Part shown: positions 48,108-57,517 of the stretch, piece by piece | Numbering within the stretch: position 1 is the first letter of the stretch | Layout of the letters: each line of letters begins with the position of its first letter | From: Calditrichia bacterium | GTDB taxonomy: Bacteria > Calditrichota > Calditrichia > RBG-13-44-9 > J075 | Length of the DNA: 64,000 bases | Direction: 5' to 3' | NCBI GenBank assembly: GCA_050633245.1 | Contig: JBOEGD010000004.1 | Location: forward strand, 1-64,000 | Notes under the pieces: model-generated | The model's input: only the letters and a program-made list of their open reading frames with translations | Database searches by the model: none | Told to the model about the DNA's origin: nothing | Position numbers and translations under genes: made by a program

Positions 48108-49340
48108 CTATCTCTCCAAAATATACCCGATTCTTTCAAATTTCCCATCGATATTTTGAACTGGGTAGATGTTCAGTATTGCACAAAGTAGGGGATAGAG
48201 GTCAATTGTCTGTAAGGTGCCCGTCCGAAAATTGCGTCGAAAGCTCGGCCCGGCGGCGTAAAAAATACCGTGCATGTTTATTAAGTGTGGGCTATATCCA
48301 TGATTACCTTTGCCCGGCAGCCAGTCTCCTGATGCCCCGTGTAAGAGTGTCCACCCCGGTTCGGCGATAAGCACAATGTCGGAAATAAACGGATGATTTG
48401 AAAAATGCAGATGTTCAGGCACCTCTGCCCGTAAGTATGCTCTAAAGTGCGTCTCATTGTTTTTTAGAATCTTATAAATTCTATCTGTGTCACCGACTTT
48501 TGGCTGAACCATCATAATTGGACCGTCTGAGGTAAAGCGGCACTCTTCCGCAGACAGCAGGTCTTCCTCAATGCGAATAGATTTTTCCTTAAACGTCTCA
48601 ATCATTCCATGATCCGAAACGACGATGATGTCTGTTTTATCCAGCAAATTTTTCTGTGCTAGTCCATCCATCAACAGGCCGAGCATAGAATCCTGACGTG
48701 CAATGGCGAAGTTTACTTTAGGCGATTCGGGTCCGTAGTCATGTCCATAGCTGTCGGATAAATGAAAATACATGGTTATAAATTGCGGGCGTTCATTCTT
48801 AGGAAGACTTAACCAATTGAGTACGCCTATTACTCGGGTTTCAAAGGGACGATCATGATCGTACACTTCAAAGCGTTCAGGATGGCGTCCTTCCTGAACG
48901 ATACTGCTTGCAGGCCAAAAATAGGAAGCACTTTTAACACCCTGCTTTTGAGCGGTCTCCCATATAAACTCGCAATCGTACCAGTTGCCATTCCTTACAG
49001 CAGCCCGATTGCCGAGGGCATAGTCTGCTCCGGTAAACGGATTGATAAAGTCGTTCAGAATTATTCCATGGTTCTCCGGATAGAGCCCGGTGACGATCGA
49101 AATGTGATTTGGAAAGGTCTTGGTTGGAAAAACGGCTTTGAGTCCGGTTGCACTTACGCCTCGCTCTCGTAGTTTCTGCATATTTGGCGTCAGTCCGCGT
49201 TCGGGATAATCCCATCGAAAGCCGTCGAAAGAAATGAGAATAACGTGTTCAGATTTTCGCTGTGTATTTTGGCAATGTAGAGTTGAGATGAAGGTTGAGC
49301 AGACGAAAAGAGTAATTAGCAAAAAGATACGATTTTGCAT
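48108..49340 (-). CDS. Secreted nucleotide pyrophosphatase/phosphodiesterase (NPP, alkaline phosphatase superfamily)
   Basis: LISFDGFRWDY, FPTKTFPNH.SIVTGLYPE.HGI, D.YGH.YGP, VSDHGM, GNHGY. Confidence 0.93.
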   Translation of the reverse strand: MQNRIFLLITLFVCSTFISTLHCQNTQRKSEHVILISFDGFRWDYPERGLTPNMQKLRERGVSATGLKAVFPTKTFPNHISIVTGLYPENHGIILNDFINPFTGADYALGNRAAVRNGNWYDCEFIWETAQKQGVKSASYFWPASSIVQEGRHPERFEVYDHDRPFETRVIGVLNWLSLPKNERPQFITMYFHLSDSYGHDYGPESPKVNFAIARQDSMLGLLMDGLAQKNLLDKTDIIVVSDHGMIETFKEKSIRIEEDLLSAEECRFTSDGPIMMVQPKVGDTDRIYKILKNNETHFRAYLRAEVPEHLHFSNHPFISDIVLIAEPGWTLLHGASGDWLPGKGNHGYSPHLINMHGIFYAAGPSFRRNFRTGTLQTIDLYPLLCAILNIYPVQNIDGKFERIGYILER

Positions 49341-49359
49341 TTAGTTCTCTCCTTTTTTG

Positions 49360-49396
49360 AAAAAAAAGAGCCGACAACAAAACTGTTGCCGGCTCT
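49360..49396 (-). terminator. Rho-independent terminator between the Oar-like TBDR and the NPP gene
   Basis: agagccgacaaca / tgttgccggctct with an A8 tract on the plus strand. Confidence 0.8.
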
Positions 49397-49423
49397 AAAA
49401 AGATTATTCCAATTCAGAATTAC

Positions 49424-52400
49424 CTAGAAGGAATATCGCAGACCAAGCTGAACTCTCCAGCGAGAAAGCAGATTGTCTGTCAGGAAGATATCGTCAAAGT
49501 CCTGAACGCCGTCACCATTTCTATCACTTGGAGCGAAGAAACGAACTCCCGGCTTGCCTGTGACTTCATCATAACTGTTAAAGTCAAAGAGCTCATATGC
49601 TTGGAAGTTTACGAATTCCTGCTTGCCCCAGTCTTCGCTAAGAAGAGAGAGGAAGTTTAACACATCAGCAGTCAGCTCAAACTTCTGACCACCAAAGTTG
49701 AAATTTTGAGCAAGACGCAGGTCAAGCTGATTCAACCAAGGCTCATTCAGGAAGTTACGCGGTGCGATTCCACCACGAACAGCAGCAAGATCGTCGTTGC
49801 TGTTTAGGAATGCATCAAGTGCTGCCCAACCGTCGCCGGTTACTTCGGAGAGATCATCTTCGTTCAGCGGAACGAATGCCAGGTCATTGCTACCAAAGGA
49901 GCCGTCACCGTTTGCATCATTGTCGTACACCAGGCTAAATGGACGTCCGGATCGACCTTCATAGAATAGACCAAATGTGGTTCCGAAAGAGAATGAATAA
50001 GAGGCATTCAACAGAATGCGGTGCGGAATTTCAAAGTCAGAGACTCCTAATCCGGGATTATTCGGATCCAGAGTTTCATTGAACGCCCAGTTGGAAGAGG
50101 CGGTACTTGAGCGACCGGAGTTAACGTCACGAGACTGGCCATAGGTATAAGAAATACTACCAGCAAGACCAGGCATGAAGTCGCCACCGTTCAGCTTCTG
50201 AAGCTGAGCTGTCAGGTTATAGCGCCAACCTTTGGAGGAGTTATCCAGTTCATAAACACTGGTGAACTCATTGGATATCACGGCATTACGATCATACAAC
50301 GGCCGACCATCAGGTGCATTACCATTTGGTGCAAGCAGGTTGATGTTGCGAACAACCACGTCGTTGATTGACTGGCTAAATACACCTTCGAGTGTTAGAA
50401 TGGTGTTACCGGCCATTTTCTGATCCAGTCCCAGATTAGTTCGGAAAACCTGCGGCTGTTTGAAGTCTTCAGACGTAATATTGATTTCAGATCTTGAAAT
50501 CGGGCTCAAGTTCGGATTCGTTCCCGGACGAGGCTGATTGTTAGGATCGGTAACTAGACTTGGTACAAGATCGCCAAAGCGAGTTTGAGCATCTACACGA
50601 CCATATTCAACACCGGTGTTGGTATAAGCATTAGATAACCAAACGGTGGGGCTACGTCCCGAGAAGATACCAACGCCACCACGAAGCTGCGTTTCACGAT
50701 CGCCGGTTGCATCATAGTTAAAACCTACGCGAGGTGACCAAAGCACGTTGCCACTCGGTACATCTGTTGTGCTGCGACCTTCGAAAAGCTCACCAAAGCG
50801 CTCATTCTCGGAAGGTGTGTCCGGGAAAATCGGAACATCAGCACGAATACCATAGGTAAGAACAAACTGAGAATTCATCTTCCACTCGTCTTGAGCGTAC
50901 AGGCCGATTTGGTATGATTTCCAGTCTGCACTGGGAGTAGGATCGTTGGGATCCAGTGAATAGCTATAGCGATAGCGACTTGGAGTATTGCTGGCAAAAG
51001 CTTCAGCAGCAGATACTTCATTACCACTCGCATCTTCAAAAGAGTCGAACTCATAAGCGCCAAACAAATGCTGAACAAACAGGTTGTCGAAACGATAGAA
51101 TTCGTTGTGAGTTCCAACGGTGAATGTGTGATCACCGGAGAAATACACAAGGTCATCTGTAATTTCCAAAATATCCTGATCCAGTGAGTTGGCCTGAGAG
51201 GAACGCTCACTACCGAAAACAAAATCGATATTATCGGTGTCAACAGTGATTTCCGGGAATTTCGGGCCTTCGAGATTACGCGCATCGCGGATTGTAGAGA
51301 AAGAAGCGCGGAACATATTCGCTTTGTCTGAACCAAGGGTGCTGTTCCACTGAAGGACAGTGCTGTTAGTCACGCTATTGAAAACATAGTTCTGCGAGGA
51401 AAGACCGGCTTCGAAACCGTTACGATTAATACCACGATCCAACTCAGCATCCACAAAGTTGTGACGTAGCGTTAGCGTATTGCGGTTGTTCAGGTTCCAG
51501 TCTAAACGAGCAAAAGCCTTATTGTCATTGGTTCCCGCAGTATACTCATCAAAATTACCAGCTTCGTAGCCATAGGTGTTACGAGCGGTATTGATAATGG
51601 CATTACCATCGGCAGTTGCTTCGGCAAGGTCAGTACCAGTGAGCAAACCGCTCAGGCCGAGACGAGGATCGTTACGACGCTTAATCTCTGCATTTACAAA
51701 GAAGAACATCTTATTCTTTGCAATCGGGCCACCAATGCGGAAACCAGTCTGCAGCTCGTCGAACTCAGACAGTTCAGTCTCTGTATCACCAACGGTCAGC
51801 GTGCTCTTTGTGATGGACTGATTCCGACCAAAGCCGTATACAGAACCTTCCCAGGTGTTGGTTCCACTACGTGTTACAGCATTGATGAGGCTACCGGTGA
51901 ATCCACCAGAGCGCACATCATACGGAGCAACTGAAACGTTGAATTCCTGAACGGCGTCCAGGCTGATAGGCTGGGCATTCGCCTGGCCACCAGGAGTTCC
52001 ACTTGCTGCCAGACCAAAGGCATCATTAGTAACGGCACCGTCGATCTGAACGTTATTATAGCGGTTGTTCGTTCCACCACTGCTGGAACCACCAGTGTTG
52101 TCACTGGAACCAATGTTCGTTCCAACAATCTGCGGAGACAAACGAGCAAAGTCCTGGATACTACGCTCAATGCTCGGGAACTTCTGAATGGTTTCTTCAG
52201 TTACTGTGGTGTTGGCACCGGTGCGGGAACCGGACAGAATTTCATTTTGCTCAGCAACAACATCAACTGCCTGACCTTCATATGTCGTCTCGGTCAGTGT
52301 AAAATTAATAGTGCGGTTTTCCGTAATGGCAACAACCACGCCTTCGATGCTTTTGTCGGTATAACCAACATAGCTTACGCTGATCTCATAAGGACCACCA

Positions 52401-52612
52401 ACGCGAACGTTCGGAATGTTGTAGCGTCCATCAACGCGAGTCGATGAGCCATACTGACTTCCAGACGGTAAGTGAACGGCAACAACGTTAGCGCCTGCAA
52501 GCGCATTTCCATTGTTGTCGGCAACACTTCCGTTGAAGGAAGCAGTGGTAACACCCTGCGCGAAGAGGCCTACGGAAATCATCATAAAGAGTACCGTAGA
52601 GATTAACTTCAT
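49424..52612 (-). CDS. Oar-like TonB-dependent outer-membrane receptor
   Basis: CarboxypepD_reg N-terminus; NNRYNNVQIDG, PISLDAVQE..VAPYDVR.GGFTG..INAVTRSGTN, SPRVGFNYD, QLGLRYSF. Confidence 0.92.
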   Translation of the reverse strand: MKLISTVLFMMISVGLFAQGVTTASFNGSVADNNGNALAGANVVAVHLPSGSQYGSSTRVDGRYNIPNVRVGGPYEISVSYVGYTDKSIEGVVVAITENRTINFTLTETTYEGQAVDVVAEQNEILSGSRTGANTTVTEETIQKFPSIERSIQDFARLSPQIVGTNIGSSDNTGGSSSGGTNNRYNNVQIDGAVTNDAFGLAASGTPGGQANAQPISLDAVQEFNVSVAPYDVRSGGFTGSLINAVTRSGTNTWEGSVYGFGRNQSITKSTLTVGDTETELSEFDELQTGFRIGGPIAKNKMFFFVNAEIKRRNDPRLGLSGLLTGTDLAEATADGNAIINTARNTYGYEAGNFDEYTAGTNDNKAFARLDWNLNNRNTLTLRHNFVDAELDRGINRNGFEAGLSSQNYVFNSVTNSTVLQWNSTLGSDKANMFRASFSTIRDARNLEGPKFPEITVDTDNIDFVFGSERSSQANSLDQDILEITDDLVYFSGDHTFTVGTHNEFYRFDNLFVQHLFGAYEFDSFEDASGNEVSAAEAFASNTPSRYRYSYSLDPNDPTPSADWKSYQIGLYAQDEWKMNSQFVLTYGIRADVPIFPDTPSENERFGELFEGRSTTDVPSGNVLWSPRVGFNYDATGDRETQLRGGVGIFSGRSPTVWLSNAYTNTGVEYGRVDAQTRFGDLVPSLVTDPNNQPRPGTNPNLSPISRSEINITSEDFKQPQVFRTNLGLDQKMAGNTILTLEGVFSQSINDVVVRNINLLAPNGNAPDGRPLYDRNAVISNEFTSVYELDNSSKGWRYNLTAQLQKLNGGDFMPGLAGSISYTYGQSRDVNSGRSSTASSNWAFNETLDPNNPGLGVSDFEIPHRILLNASYSFSFGTTFGLFYEGRSGRPFSLVYDNDANGDGSFGSNDLAFVPLNEDDLSEVTGDGWAALDAFLNSNDDLAAVRGGIAPRNFLNEPWLNQLDLRLAQNFNFGGQKFELTADVLNFLSLLSEDWGKQEFVNFQAYELFDFNSYDEVTGKPGVRFFAPSDRNGDGVQDFDDIFLTDNLLSRWRVQLGLRYSF

Positions 52613-52707
52613 GAATCCTCCAATCTACTGATTAGTTTGTTTGCGTTTCAAAAATGACGAAACACGAATTAAGGTTCTGATTTAAGGTAGATATTACGGC
52701 AGGAGAC

Positions 52708-52734
52708 ATTAAAAAGCCATTGCAAACAGATTGC
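52708..52734 (-). promoter_or_regulatory. Pho-box-like 11-bp-periodic repeats upstream of the Oar-like TBDR
   Basis: Plus strand ATTAA 52708, ATTGC 52719, ATTGC 52730. Confidence 0.45.
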
Positions 52735-52975
52735 GATGACGTAAATCTGATCCCCTAACTCATAATCGCTCCACCGATAATAAGCGCAAAAAGTTACTGT
52801 GCACGGTAGTCTTATTCAAGAAAAAATAAAGAAATAGAGATATCTTGAAAATATTCATTAAAGTGCTGTTTATCTGTCCTTTAGGTGGTCTTCTTGCAGG
52901 CGTTGTGCAAAGCTTTTTCAAGCATTTGCACATTAAGGCGTCGACTTTCGACTACAATAGCAGATATTTAGTCCA

Positions 52976-54187
52976 CTATTTTTCGGGGTGAAAGCGTGGG
53001 AACGAAGAAACTTGCATGATGTCTGCGATCTTTTTCGGAATCCGAGTGTTGTCGTACATTCCGGTAAATTTTAGACATTGAGGGCCGTATGCAAAAACCG
53101 CAACCGGTTCGGCAGTATGATAATCTGTGGTCCAACCAAAGGTTAAATCTGATCCGTCATTGTTGCCACCATGCAGTCCCATGCCGCCGGTCTCATGATC
53201 TGCTGTTACAACAACCAGTGTCTGTCCGTCGTTTTTAGCAAAGTCAAGAGCGTATTTCACAGCCTCATCAAATGCGATCATCTCGCGTATAACATACTCC
53301 GGATCATTATTATGCCCGCCCCAGTCAATCTGGCTTCCTTCCACCATAAGGAAGAAGCCCTTTTCGCTGTCCTTTAGCAGGTTAAGCGCTTTTTCTGTCA
53401 TCTGTTTTACCGTAGGCTCGTGAGCATCGTTCTTCAATCCGCTTGCGGCGAACAAACCAAGCACATCGCCATTTTCTATTTGCCGCATTTCATCGGCAGA
53501 CATAGCCAGCTGGTAGCCATTAGTTGTGGCCTCTTGTAATAGGTTGCGTTCATCTGGTCGTCTTGAGAGCGTGTCTGACTTCGGTATAAAAAAGGATTTT
53601 CCGCCCCCAAGCATTACGTTTACGCCGGAAGCAATTAGCTGCCGCGCGATAATGGGTTCAAACTTGCGTGATGTTACGTGTGTGGCAAAACAGGCGGGGG
53701 TTGCATGAGTAATGGAAGACGTCGATACCAGGCCCGTCTTCATGCCCAAATCTTGTGAAATTTGAAGTAGGCTTACCGGTTTTCTTCCGTCCGGCAGCAT
53801 GCCGATCATACCATTGTTGGTCTTAACGCCGCTGGCCAATGCTGTTGCGCTGGCAGCTGAATCGGTCACTAATTTGTCCTTTGCATGCGTATGGACGATT
53901 CCGGTTACCGGCATTTTTTCAATCGCCAGCGTTCCATCTGCACCGTTTGCGGTAATACGTCCGGCACTCATTTGTGTTAGACCCATCCCATCACCGATAA
54001 GAAAAATAATGTTTTTGATGGGGCCGTCTTGGGGGATAGGGTATTCGCTTAGCGTTGCATCTGGTAAGGCGTATCGAGCAACGGGTGCATCTTGCTTAAT
54101 TACATTGGAGCTGCAGCTGCTTATCAGTACCCCAATTGAGGCGCTGCTGATAAATAGCAATTTTGCAAGGTGAGTAATGCGTTTCAT
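52976..54187 (-). CDS. phoA: Alkaline phosphatase PhoA-type lipoprotein
   Basis: IFLIGDGMG, VTDSAASATA (catalytic Ser), THATPA, VEGSQIDWGGH, TADHETGG, HT; lipobox ISSC. Confidence 0.93.
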   Translation of the reverse strand: MKRITHLAKLLFISSASIGVLISSCSSNVIKQDAPVARYALPDATLSEYPIPQDGPIKNIIFLIGDGMGLTQMSAGRITANGADGTLAIEKMPVTGIVHTHAKDKLVTDSAASATALASGVKTNNGMIGMLPDGRKPVSLLQISQDLGMKTGLVSTSSITHATPACFATHVTSRKFEPIIARQLIASGVNVMLGGGKSFFIPKSDTLSRRPDERNLLQEATTNGYQLAMSADEMRQIENGDVLGLFAASGLKNDAHEPTVKQMTEKALNLLKDSEKGFFLMVEGSQIDWGGHNNDPEYVIREMIAFDEAVKYALDFAKNDGQTLVVVTADHETGGMGLHGGNNDGSDLTFGWTTDYHTAEPVAVFAYGPQCLKFTGMYDNTRIPKKIADIMQVSSFPRFHPEK

Positions 54188-54262
54188 ATTAAATTCTCCG
54201 ATAGGGTCTCTGCGCGTTCTTTGGGCGTGACGCGAGGTGGGGGAGCCGTGGTAGATCAGTCT

Positions 54263-54739
54263 TTAGACAAAAGTTTTCACAATTTCTTTATGAATGCCCT
54301 GCAAATCTGCGTAAGCGCGATTAATTTGTTCAACTTTCTCCTGCAATTTTTTCATTAGCAACTGCTTCTCAAGGCCATTGCGCAGGATAATCAGAAGGTC
54401 ATCATTGTCCCATGGTTTTTCGAGATATTGGTAGAGACCGACCTCATTTATCGCTTTAATAGCATTTTCTTTATCTGCGTATCCGGTCAGAATAATTCGC
54501 GGGATCTCCGGTTTGGCGTCTCTTACGTGTCCCAGGAAGGTTATGCCATCCATTTCAGGCATCAGATAGTCTGATACCACAAGGTCAACTTCCGAGGAGG
54601 TAATATAATCCAGAGCTTCTTTTGCAGAAGTAAAGGTATGTACATCGTATTCTGTCTCCAGCATTAAAAAAGAGCTGAGGCTGGTCAGCACCATCTCTTC
54701 ATCATCTACGAGCACAATAACTGCATTCTCATCTGCCAT
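54263..54739 (-). CDS. Receiver-only response regulator with a short C-terminal coiled coil
   Basis: VLVDDE, VSDYLMPEMDG, IILTGYAD, YLEKPWD; CAGGAG SD. Track start 54790. Confidence 0.9.
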   Translation of the reverse strand: MADENAVIVLVDDEEMVLTSLSSFLMLETEYDVHTFTSAKEALDYITSSEVDLVVSDYLMPEMDGITFLGHVRDAKPEIPRIILTGYADKENAIKAINEVGLYQYLEKPWDNDDLLIILRNGLEKQLLMKKLQEKVEQINRAYADLQGIHKEIVKTFV

Positions 54740-54852
54740 TAGGCTTTCTCCTGTAAAATGTTGTCCTGCACACTCTTTTTTGCTGTTCAAACCGCTCGCT
54801 GGTCGAACCGACTCAAAAGATACATCAAACTGGTGCTCAATGCACCGTCAAT

Positions 54853-55665
54853 TTATTCAGAAGGCAAGAAAATTGTAAACATCGTACCTTCACCCGGAGT
54901 GCTCTCAACTTCTATACGACCCTTATGCAGGTCTATCAGCTTCTTAACGATAATCAAACCCATACCCATGCCGCTATCTCTGGTCGTATGCCCATCGCTA
55001 AACAATCCGGCAAGGCGACTGTTTTCGATTCCTACACCGGTATCGCGTATCGAGATAACGACCTCACCGGCTACTGATTTTACAACAATCCAGATGTTAC
55101 CTTTGTGCTCGATTGCCTGACAGGCGTTGGCAAGAAGATTGAGAAATATCTGTCCGAGCCTGCCGGGATACCCTTTGACACTGGCTTTTTCGACGTCTGT
55201 ATGTACCTCGATGCGTCCTTTAGTCTCGTGCCTTAATATAACAAGTGCGTCTTTTATCAACTGCTCAATATCAACAGAAACCGGCTCCTGTTTATTGCCG
55301 CGGGCATAGCTCCTAACGCTTTGCACTACTTCATGAATTCGTTTGCAGGCTGTTCTGTTAACGCCTGTGAGCTGTTCAACCATCGCCATCATTTTCAAGA
55401 TTTTTTCTGCCGACGGTTCGGGCAAATTATCGTCATCGGTGACAGTGTTACGAATCTTATCGACTACTCGATCAAAAACCTCGACATTGTTTTTTATGGC
55501 GGCAATCGGTGTATTGATTTCGTGAATGATACCTGCGAGCAATTGTCCTAAAAGAGCCAGCTTTTCAGAACCAACCAACTGTGTTCGCATTGCTTCGAGC
55601 CTTATCAGGGTTTCCTGATGTTGCTTTAGCAGCTCTTCATGCGTCAATTTGTCTAGATTCTTCAC
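54853..55665 (-). CDS. Cytoplasmic histidine kinase with no sensor domain
   Basis: EKLALLGQLLAGIIHEINTP, QIFLNLLANACQA, DTGVGI, GMGMGL; no TM. Confidence 0.9.
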   Translation of the reverse strand: MKNLDKLTHEELLKQHQETLIRLEAMRTQLVGSEKLALLGQLLAGIIHEINTPIAAIKNNVEVFDRVVDKIRNTVTDDDNLPEPSAEKILKMMAMVEQLTGVNRTACKRIHEVVQSVRSYARGNKQEPVSVDIEQLIKDALVILRHETKGRIEVHTDVEKASVKGYPGRLGQIFLNLLANACQAIEHKGNIWIVVKSVAGEVVISIRDTGVGIENSRLAGLFSDGHTTRDSGMGMGLIIVKKLIDLHKGRIEVESTPGEGTMFTIFLPSE

Positions 55666-55704
55666 TCTAAATCCACAGTTAATAAAACGTTTACAGGCGC
55701 TTTG

Positions 55705-56145
55705 TTATCGAGATACCGGTGCTCCGGAAAATGTATTCATCAGGGTGCGCATGCGTTTAACAGCTGTTTTGAAAACGCCCCGTGTAATCTGGATATGGTC
55801 GGAAAGTAAATCAAAAAAATCTTCTTTATCAATGCGAAGCAGCAAGCATTCGCTGGTTGGTGTTGCGGTAACCACGCGAGGAGCTTCATCAAAAAGCGCC
55901 CAGGTACCAAAGGCTTCCTTTGGGCCGGCAGTGGTTATTTCACGATCACCTTGATGCAACCGGACATGGCCTTCAAGGACCAAATAAAGCGCATCTGAAT
56001 TCTCGGATTCGCGATAAATAATTTCATCGGCACTGTAGGGAACTTCTTCAGCAATTGCAGCGAGATAAGACAGATCTTCCGTTGGAACATCGGAGAATAC
56101 GTCTACATTTTGCAGAAAAATAACTTTTTCAATTATGGTTAACAT
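55705..56145 (-). CDS. Stand-alone cyclic-nucleotide-binding domain protein
   Basis: EKVIFLQNVDVFS, LYLVLEGHV, FGTWALFDEAPR..TA, LLRIDKEDF. Confidence 0.88.
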   Translation of the reverse strand: MLTIIEKVIFLQNVDVFSDVPTEDLSYLAAIAEEVPYSADEIIYRESENSDALYLVLEGHVRLHQGDREITTAGPKEAFGTWALFDEAPRVVTATPTSECLLLRIDKEDFFDLLSDHIQITRGVFKTAVKRMRTLMNTFSGAPVSR

Positions 56146-56272
56146 AGCTTCCCAAAAAGAAATAACACTATTTATTTATGCGACAGTAATACCAAAAGTA
56201 TACGGTTTTCTTCGCTTCAAATCCAACGCATTGTTTCTTTATTTGTTTCCGGCAGCCGATATAAATCACAAG

Positions 56273-57496
56273 TTATTTGCCAAAACGCAGTGCTTCCAGA
56301 AGAGACATTTCACCATCGTCCTCCCGCGGAGCCAGCCAGGTCTCTATCAGAAGGCTGTCTGAAGTTACTTGAACTTCAGTGAAATGGTAGTCACTTAATT
56401 GGCGAACATTTTCAGCCTCAATTCCAAACGCTGCCAGATCTTGCTCACGTTGAAGAATCAACTGCTCCCCAGCTTCAGCTCGTAGCGGAACCCCGCCACT
56501 GCTACTGATAACAATATGCAATTCTCGTCCGGCAAGATCAGGACGCGTTTTATCCCGCTTAACAATATTGTGTTCGTAGAGATGTTCATGACCGGTGAAG
56601 ACAACCTGCACGTTATTTTCCAACAGGCGATCTATAAAGCGAATTCGTTTTTCATTCAAATCGCTTCCATAGTCTGCACGCAGCCAGTTGCTATAGTGTC
56701 TTCCAAACGACACGGGAGGATGATGCATTGCCACGATTTTAAAGCGTTTGTCTGCAAAACGGATTAATTGCTGCTCCAGCCAGGATGGCTTAAGCGAATC
56801 ATCGGATACAAAATACTGAGAAAACAGCGTTTCTTGAATTTGATCTGCAATGTCGTTTTTTTGATCGACCAAATAGTTAGAATCGAGGCAAATAAGCACG
56901 GCATCCTTAAATTCCAAGGCGTAAAAAGGAGGCCTGTTAAAAACCGCCTTATAGTTTGCTTCGCCTTGTGGATTCGCTGTGCGATCGTGATTTCCAGGCA
57001 CGGTTACGATTGGCACCGAGTTGAACAGCGGCGTCTGATTGCGGTTCTCTTCAATAAAGTATTTCCAGTGCAGTGGTCGTGTGCCATCACTGGCGCAGAG
57101 ATCACCCAAAATAAGCAGAAAATCGTTGTTGTTGCTTATTGCGCGATTATAGAGGGTATTTCGCATGTGGTCGCGAAAGGTGGGATGATACTCCGGGCGC
57201 TTGGTCAAAAAACGCAGGCCCCCGGAAATGCCGTTGCTCAATAGATAGAGCTGGTAAAATGGAACCAGCGCCATCCATTTGGATTTCCAGTTCTCTCCAC
57301 GCAGGAACTTCTCGTTTATTCGCCAACCGCGCTGTGTGTCGCCGGTTACCAGAAAACGCGGGTTCTGCGTTTGCAGACTGTCTTCATTTAATAGATTCTT
57401 AACCTGATAAAAGTCTTGATCGTAATGATCTTTCAACTCGCCATGCCCCGCACATCCGGCGAGGAGAATGACAAACAACAACAGAAATCGTTTCAT
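56273..57496 (-). CDS. Calcineurin-like metallophosphoesterase lipoprotein
   Basis: Lipobox LAGC; TGDTQ, LGDL, PGNHD, MHHPP, FTGHEHLYE. Confidence 0.88.
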   Translation of the reverse strand: MKRFLLLFVILLAGCAGHGELKDHYDQDFYQVKNLLNEDSLQTQNPRFLVTGDTQRGWRINEKFLRGENWKSKWMALVPFYQLYLLSNGISGGLRFLTKRPEYHPTFRDHMRNTLYNRAISNNNDFLLILGDLCASDGTRPLHWKYFIEENRNQTPLFNSVPIVTVPGNHDRTANPQGEANYKAVFNRPPFYALEFKDAVLICLDSNYLVDQKNDIADQIQETLFSQYFVSDDSLKPSWLEQQLIRFADKRFKIVAMHHPPVSFGRHYSNWLRADYGSDLNEKRIRFIDRLLENNVQVVFTGHEHLYEHNIVKRDKTRPDLAGRELHIVISSSGGVPLRAEAGEQLILQREQDLAAFGIEAENVRQLSDYHFTEVQVTSDSLLIETWLAPREDDGEMSLLEALRFGK

Positions 57497-57517
57497 GTAC
57501 CGTCCAGTAGTCGTGCC

